Source: Candidatus Altiarchaeota archaeon (lineage in GTDB: Archaea > Altiarchaeota > Altiarchaeia > IMC4 > SCGC-AAA252-I15). Taken from it: a stretch of 11,926 bases of DNA. The notes beneath the pieces are model-generated. The model saw nothing but the letters and a program-made list of their open reading frames with translations. It was not told the DNA's origin and did not search any database. Every line of letters starts with the position of its first letter. The stretch's first letter is position 1. The stretch is from NCBI GenBank assembly GCA_043804895.1, contig JAZDIN010000056.1, positions 1 to 11,926 on the forward strand, in the 5' to 3' direction. This document shows positions 7,553 to 11,926 of this stretch, in pieces. A program made the position numbers and the translations under genes.

Positions 7553-7621
7553 TTACATATTCGCCCACACTATTAAAGTGCAGCAACCCCATAAAGTGTA
7601 AGGGGTAGGAAGTGAAAACTT

Positions 7622-7785
7622 TAGCCCCGCCAGGATTCGAACCTGAGTTCCCCGGTTTCTCCGACACCATAACAAGGTGTTCACCTCCAGTGTTCTTTCT
7701 TTTGGGGTGAAGCACTTTTCTTTCTTCGCAAGAAAGAAAAGGGCTCGCCAAAGCCGGGTGTGATAGGCCACTACACTACGGGGCT
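7622..7785 (-). tRNA. tRNA-Gln(TTG) with a 91-nt intron (7657-7747) at canonical position 37/38
   Basis: AGCCCCG/CGGGGCT acceptor stem, CCCGG-CT-TTG-G^A-CCGGG anticodon arm, TCAGG-TTCGAAT-CCTGG T arm; 73 nt after splicing; no encoded CCA. BHB: CUUU/GGAG central helix with GG^C and AA^A bulges. Confidence 0.95.
7691..7747 (-). repeat. Hairpin element, copy in the tRNA-Gln intron (intron nt 1-57)
   Basis: CGAGCCCTTTTCTTTCTTGCGAAGAAAGAAAAGTGCTTCACCCCAAAAGAAAGAACA; 51 of 61 aligned columns identical to 7792-7852. Confidence 0.9.
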
Positions 7786-7791
7786 ATTTTA

Positions 7792-7852
7792 TGTTTCTTT
7801 CTTTTTGGGATGAAACACTTTTTCTTTCTTTTTAAGAAAGAAAAAGGGTTCG
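7792..7852 (-). repeat. Hairpin element, copy in the tRNA-Gly/tRNA-Gln spacer
   Basis: CGAACCCTTTTTCTTTCTTAAAAAGAAAGAAAAAGTGTTTCATCCCAAAAAGAAAGAAACA; starts at the second nt after the tRNA-Gly discriminator. Confidence 0.9.
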
Positions 7853-7853
7853 T

Positions 7854-7924
7854 TGCGTTCGCCGGGATTTGAACCCGGGTTTTTAGCTTGGAAGGCTAAA
7901 GTCCTACCACTAGACTACAAACGC
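7854..7924 (-). tRNA. tRNA-Gly(TCC), intronless, no encoded CCA
   Basis: GCGTTTG/CGAACGC acceptor stem, TTAGC-CT-TCC-AA-GCTAA anticodon arm, CCGGG-TTCAAAT-CCCGG T arm, discriminator A; 71 nt. Confidence 0.96.
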
Positions 7925-7974
7925 GATGTTTTAAGGGTTATGTTTAGGGGGGTTTTATTGATAGGGGGAGGGGG

Positions 7975-7981
7975 TTTATAT
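7975..7981 (-). promoter_or_regulatory. Candidate TATA box of the tRNA-Gly/tRNA-Gln transcript
   Basis: ATATAAA on -, about 50 nt upstream of tRNA-Gly. Confidence 0.45.
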
Positions 7982-7982
7982 G

Positions 7983-8270
7983 TTATTTTTTGGATAGTTT
8001 TTTGTTTATTTCTTCTAGTTCTTTTTTGATTTCGTCTGCTGTTTTGAGTTCTTTTTCTGTAGTGGTTTGTTGTTTGAGGGTTGTTAGGTGGGTTGTGGTT
8101 GGTATGCCTGCTTCTTGGAATATTTTGTCTAGTTTGTTTTCTGTGGTTGGGGGGAGTGGTTGTTCTTGGGGTGTTGTTGTGGTTTTTGTTTTTACGCTGG
8201 AGAGTAGTTCGTCTAGTTTTGTGGATGGGGTTTGTTCTGTTTGTGTTTCTTTGGTTGGGGGTTTTATGAT
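7983..8270 (-). other. In-frame 95-codon coding-like extension beyond the TAA of the 763-aa gene
   Basis: Same frame continues IIKPPTKETQ...KLDELLSSVK...KLDKIFQEAG...ADEIKKELEEINKKLSKK* to TAA 7983-7985; no ATG of its own. Confidence 0.7.
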
Positions 8271-10562
8271 TTATATTTGGGGGGGTTTTTCTTCCAGTAT
8301 TTTTGGGGGGAGGTTCGGGTAGTCCTCCTCTGGTTCTTCTTTTTTTGGTTTTGGTTTTTTGAATTTTTTTATGAGGAGGTATGCTGAGGCTGCTACTATG
8401 AGCGCTGCTACTGCCGCGGCTGCTGTGGGGAGTGTGTTATCTTGTTGTTTGGGGATGGTTTGTTGTTTGTTTTTTTGTTCTGCTTCTATTTCGAGTATTA
8501 GGTCGGTGGTTTGTAGGGCTGCGTCGGTTTGGTCTATTCCTCGGTATAGTTTGCGTGCTTTTTCCGCGTAGTCTTTGGCTGCTTCGTATTGTTGGTTTGT
8601 GTATAGTTCGTTGGCTTTGGCGTAGTGTTTTTGGGCTTCGACTCCGATTTCGCATAGTGTGATGAGGTTCCTTGCTTTTGTTTCCCCTTGGGTGTCTGTG
8701 GCGTTAGCGTAGAGGGTTTGTGAGGTGGTTGCGTCTTCGATGCATCCGGGGTAGTTTGTTGTGTTTAATTTTGAGTTGGCTCTGTCGTAGTATTCGTCGC
8801 CCTTTGCCTTGTGTTCTATTTTTTCTATCTCGCGGTTTATTTTGGAGATGATGCTTTCTATTGAGGTTACGCGGCTTTTGTCGCCGACTTTTTCGTATGA
8901 GTTCTTTGCTTGTTGGGCTGCTGTTGCTGCTTGGTTGTAGTTTTGTTTTTCATATTGTCTTATTGCTTCCTCGTAGTTTTTGTTTGCTTTAGGGTATTCT
9001 TCGGTGTTGTTGAACAGTTTTTCTGCCTTGTTGATGTTGGTTGTGTCTTTGAGTTGGAGGTATATGTCTAGGGCTTTTTTGCTGTATACAATGCCTTCCA
9101 GGTAGTTTTCTGATCGGTAGTATCCGAGTGCCCTTTGGTAGAAGTATTCGGCGTCTATTTGGTCTATGGCTTTGTTGACGAGTGTTAGGGCTTGGTTTGT
9201 GCGGTTTTCGTCTTTGATTTTTGAGTATAATTTCTCTGCTTCAATGGCTTTTTCCTTTGATGTTTGGTAGTCGCCGCTGGTGTAGGCTTCTTGGGCTTCT
9301 TTGTATAGTGCGGCTGCTGTGACTTGTAGGACTGAGGATTCGTTTATTTTGAGGGCGTTCTCTTTTGATGTGGTGTCGTTTAGTTGGGAGTATAGTTCGT
9401 ATGCGAGTTCGGCGTGTTGTTGGGCTTTTTCGAATGAGTTGTTCGCTAGGTATTCGGTTGATTTTTTGAGGTTGTATTGGGCTTTGAGGTTGTTCAGGTA
9501 GTCGGCGTTTATTTTGTAGGTTGTGATTTGCCTTGCGCCGAGGATTACGAGGTTTTCGTTCGTTTCCTGTAGTTGCCCTGTTTTCATATCAACGATGGGG
9601 TAGGTGGTTTCGTATGTCCATTTGAGTTTTCCTGTGTAGTCTAGTGCGTATATGGTCTTGGATGAGGCGATCATCACCTCACCGTAGCCGTCTGCGTCGA
9701 TGTCTGCTGCAGTTACGATGGGCTTTACGGCTAGTAGATGGTATTCCCACAGCTTGTTTCCGCCGGCTGAAATAGCGAAGATTGTGTCGTTTTCAGTGAT
9801 TGCTAGGGCTTCCTTCTGCCCATCGTTATTTATGTCCGCGGCATACACTGCCGTTACCTGGCCCCCGGTGTCGAAACGCCATATCCTGTTGCCGAGGTTG
9901 TTTGTGACGTGCAGGTATTTGTAGGACCCGGCGAGTATTTCTGATGTTCCGTCTCCGTTCAGGTCTGCAGCGTATACTGCGTTGACTGAGCCTTCTGTCT
10001 CGTACTTCCATCTTAGTGTGCCGTCTGAGTTTATGGTGTAGACTATGCCTTCGCGTGCACCGGATATGACCTCCTTTTGTTTGTCACCGTTTATGTCAGC
10101 GACGTAGATGGAGATTGAAAGGCCGTAGCCTAGGTGGCGCCATTTGAGCATGTTGTCTTGGAGGAGGGGGTTGCGTTCCAGGACGAATATTGGTTGGTTG
10201 TATTCGGATAAGCCTGCGGCGCATGTTTTGGCTTCTATCACTGAGCCTACTACGATGTCTGTGTTGTTGTTGGCGTCTATGTCGTCCACGGTAACGGTGT
10301 GTGGGGTGTTGTTAGGCCATATGACCGATATCTTGTTCCTCCATTGTAGTATTCCGTTGTTGTCGAGGAGGTAGACGTAGCTTCCTTCGTTTTTGAAGAA
10401 ACCTATCATGATATCCAGTCTTCCGTCGCCGTCTACGTCTCTTATGTCTAGTCTGTCGCCTCCGAGGTTTATGACCCATACTTCTCTTAGTATGGGGTAC
10501 GTGGCAGCGTTAACCAGTCCTGCGGCTAGTAGGAGTGTTAGCGTGATTCTGATGGCGTTCAT
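8271..10562 (-). CDS. Type I membrane protein: FG-GAP/VCBS-PQQ beta-propeller + TPR-like repeats + C-terminal TM
   Basis: Signal peptide; repeated ADxxxDGxxE and GxxxWxY/F motifs; AxxxYxxAxxxYxxxxY helical repeats; TM AAAAVAALIVAASAYLLI followed by KKFKKPK. Confidence 0.9.
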   Translation of the reverse strand: MNAIRITLTLLLAAGLVNAATYPILREVWVINLGGDRLDIRDVDGDGRLDIMIGFFKNEGSYVYLLDNNGILQWRNKISVIWPNNTPHTVTVDDIDANNNTDIVVGSVIEAKTCAAGLSEYNQPIFVLERNPLLQDNMLKWRHLGYGLSISIYVADINGDKQKEVISGAREGIVYTINSDGTLRWKYETEGSVNAVYAADLNGDGTSEILAGSYKYLHVTNNLGNRIWRFDTGGQVTAVYAADINNDGQKEALAITENDTIFAISAGGNKLWEYHLLAVKPIVTAADIDADGYGEVMIASSKTIYALDYTGKLKWTYETTYPIVDMKTGQLQETNENLVILGARQITTYKINADYLNNLKAQYNLKKSTEYLANNSFEKAQQHAELAYELYSQLNDTTSKENALKINESSVLQVTAAALYKEAQEAYTSGDYQTSKEKAIEAEKLYSKIKDENRTNQALTLVNKAIDQIDAEYFYQRALGYYRSENYLEGIVYSKKALDIYLQLKDTTNINKAEKLFNNTEEYPKANKNYEEAIRQYEKQNYNQAATAAQQAKNSYEKVGDKSRVTSIESIISKINREIEKIEHKAKGDEYYDRANSKLNTTNYPGCIEDATTSQTLYANATDTQGETKARNLITLCEIGVEAQKHYAKANELYTNQQYEAAKDYAEKARKLYRGIDQTDAALQTTDLILEIEAEQKNKQQTIPKQQDNTLPTAAAAVAALIVAASAYLLIKKFKKPKPKKEEPEEDYPNLPPKILEEKPPQI

Positions 10563-10585
10563 TGTTAAATAGTGGCTGGTGAACC

Positions 10586-10593
10586 TTATATAT
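10586..10593 (-). promoter_or_regulatory. TATA box of the beta-propeller/TPR gene (probably leaderless) in a divergent intergenic region
   Basis: ATATATAA on -, 24 nt before ATG 10562. Confidence 0.5.
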
Positions 10594-10653
10594 GCCCCCC
10601 GGGGGTGGGGCTTAGGAGTAGTATTATACCTGGTTTCCTATTGTTTTTAGCAT

Positions 10654-11316
10654 ATGAGGACATTGATTGTTATGCCAGCGTACAACGAGTCCCTCGTGCT
10701 CGCTGAGACGTTGAAGGGCCTGCAGGCATGCACGGAAGCTACCATCCTTGTCGTGGATGATGGAAGCTCTGACAGAACTAGCAAGATAGCCGCTAGATGC
10801 CATGTTAGGGTAGTCAGGCATATGATTAACCTGGGTTTAGGGGCTGCCATAGGGACTGGAGTGGAGGTTGCAAGGAGGGAGGGTTTCAACAGGCTTGTCA
10901 CGTTCGACGCTGACGGACAACATAACCCTGAGGATGTGAAAAAACTCCTGAAGGCGCTTGATAGCAGTGATGTCGCTGTTGGTGTGAGGGAAGTCCACAC
11001 AGACAGGATGCCACTTGTGAAGAAAATCGGGAATTACGCCCTGAACATCCTAACTTTAGCATTATTCGGAGTCTACTCAAGGGACAGTCAAAGCGGCCTC
11101 AGAGCCTTCAACAGGAAGGCTATCGAATCTATGAAACTTAGGGCTAGCAGGTACGAGGTGTCCTCTGAGATACTCTATGAGGCTAAGCGCAGCGGCCTTA
11201 GGTTGAGTGAGGTTCCTGTTGAGGTCATATACACTAAGCACTCCAAAAGCAGGGGGACTGGGGTGTTGGACGGTTTTAAGATAGTGTGGCATATGGTATT
11301 ACACAGAGGCATGTGA
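10654..11316 (+). CDS. Glycosyltransferase family 2 (DPM1-like)
   Basis: IVMPAYNE, VVDDGSSDRT, NLGLGAA, TFDADGQH and DSQSGLRAF motifs. Confidence 0.95.
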   Translation: MRTLIVMPAYNESLVLAETLKGLQACTEATILVVDDGSSDRTSKIAARCHVRVVRHMINLGLGAAIGTGVEVARREGFNRLVTFDADGQHNPEDVKKLLKALDSSDVAVGVREVHTDRMPLVKKIGNYALNILTLALFGVYSRDSQSGLRAFNRKAIESMKLRASRYEVSSEILYEAKRSGLRLSEVPVEVIYTKHSKSRGTGVLDGFKIVWHMVLHRGM

Positions 11317-11317
11317 G

Positions 11318-11656
11318 ATGATAATAGAGGTTCTTGGGCTTGTATTCTCCGCTTTCGCGTTAAGTAGGGTTTTTTTAAGGTTCAGGGAGGGTAAACTCAG
11401 CTGGAGTATGCTGCTCCTGTGGAGCGTGGCATGGCTTACGGTGATAGCTTTCCTGCTTTCTCCAAGCACATTCGAGCCTGTCTCCAAGGTCATTGGGATA
11501 CAACGGCCGCTGGATTTGATGCTTGTGGGGGGGGTTATTCTGTCTTATTATCTAACGTTCAGGATTTACGTCTTCCTTGAGGAGCTGCGCTCTGACGTCG
11601 CGGAGGTTGTGAGGGAAATCAGCCTGAGGAAAGAGAGGAAGCCTAAAAAAGCGTAG
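11318..11656 (+). CDS. DUF2304-family membrane protein
   Basis: 112 aa, three TM segments, GIQRPLDL motif, C-terminal coiled segment (LRSDVAEVVREISL); typical position directly after a DPM1-like GT2. Confidence 0.85.
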   Translation: MIIEVLGLVFSAFALSRVFLRFREGKLSWSMLLLWSVAWLTVIAFLLSPSTFEPVSKVIGIQRPLDLMLVGGVILSYYLTFRIYVFLEELRSDVAEVVREISLRKERKPKKA

Positions 11657-11710
11657 GGCTGAGTGTAGCTTTCTAGACTTCATATACTCTGATTGGTTTA
11701 CTCATACCGT

Positions 11711-11926
11711 TTACGCTAGGCTTGAGCACTCGCCTGTCAATCTTTCTATTCCTTCGAACCGCTTGTTCAGTAGGTTGTATTCTAGGTTGTCGTACTGGAA
11801 TGTTACAGTGTAGGAGTATCCTCCACCAGCTGAACAGTTGAAAGGCATACCACCTTCCCATCTGATGGATTTACCTGGCAGGAGCGTCTCACCAACAGTA
11901 TAGGTGGTCACGCCACTGTCTATTGA
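11711..11926 (-). CDS. C-terminal fragment of a hypothetical beta-rich, probably extracellular protein
   Basis: Frame is open to the window edge (SIDSGVTTYTVG...YSYTVTFQYDN...LTGECSSLA*); convergent with the DUF2304 gene. Confidence 0.65.
   Translation of the reverse strand, partial: SIDSGVTTYTVGETLLPGKSIRWEGGMPFNCSAGGGYSYTVTFQYDNLEYNLLNKRFEGIERLTGECSSLA

Noticed and set aside
7657-7747. Box C/D guide RNA or homing endonuclease in the tRNA-Gln intron
   Set aside because: No RUGAUGA or CUGA boxes, and far too short for an endonuclease ORF.
7542-7771. Track ORFs 7542-7751 and 7553-7771
   Set aside because: They overlap the tRNA-Gln gene and show no protein-like features.
7691-7852. CRISPR array
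   Set aside because: Only two ~60-nt copies, separated by a tRNA exon; no cas genes or repeat-spacer periodicity.
8271-8273. Genome-wide UAA reassignment or suppression by the neighbouring tRNA-Gln
   Set aside because: The anticodon is TTG, not TTA, and TAA ends the histone, NTase and RelE-like genes at their expected positions.
7990-8662. Hydrophobic plus-strand ORFs (7990-8322, 8081-8269, 8359-8571, 8432-8662)
   Set aside because: Antisense shadows of the A/C-rich minus-strand coding sequence.

Overview
Archaeal genomic window, inferred from AGGTGA Shine-Dalgarno sites, TATA boxes, a bulge-helix-bulge (BHB) tRNA intron, CCA-less tRNA genes, nucS and a histone. The secreted S-layer-like, Cys-rich and beta-propeller/TPR proteins are reminiscent of Altiarchaeota/DPANN, but that taxonomy is only an inference. 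In order: a partial secreted protein, a frameshifted tandem PGDYG-like gene, two microproteins, a secreted PLC/P1-like protein, nucS, a 56-aa short-alpha3 (DUF1931/face-to-face type) histone missed by the ORF track, a Cys-rich surface protein, two adjacent TA-like pairs (nucleotidyltransferase + 58-aa partner; wHTH-like + RelE-like toxin with a palindromic operator), a membrane-anchored hypothetical, a tRNA-Gly(TCC)/tRNA-Gln(TTG) pair, a large FG-GAP/TPR membrane protein with an in-frame TAA, a GT2 + DUF2304 pair and a partial CDS. Most striking: the first 57 nt of the 91-nt tRNA-Gln intron recur as the spacer just behind tRNA-Gly, with compensatory changes that preserve a hairpin. Both copies begin at or within 1 nt of a pre-tRNA processing site, suggesting a small structured tRNA-associated element.
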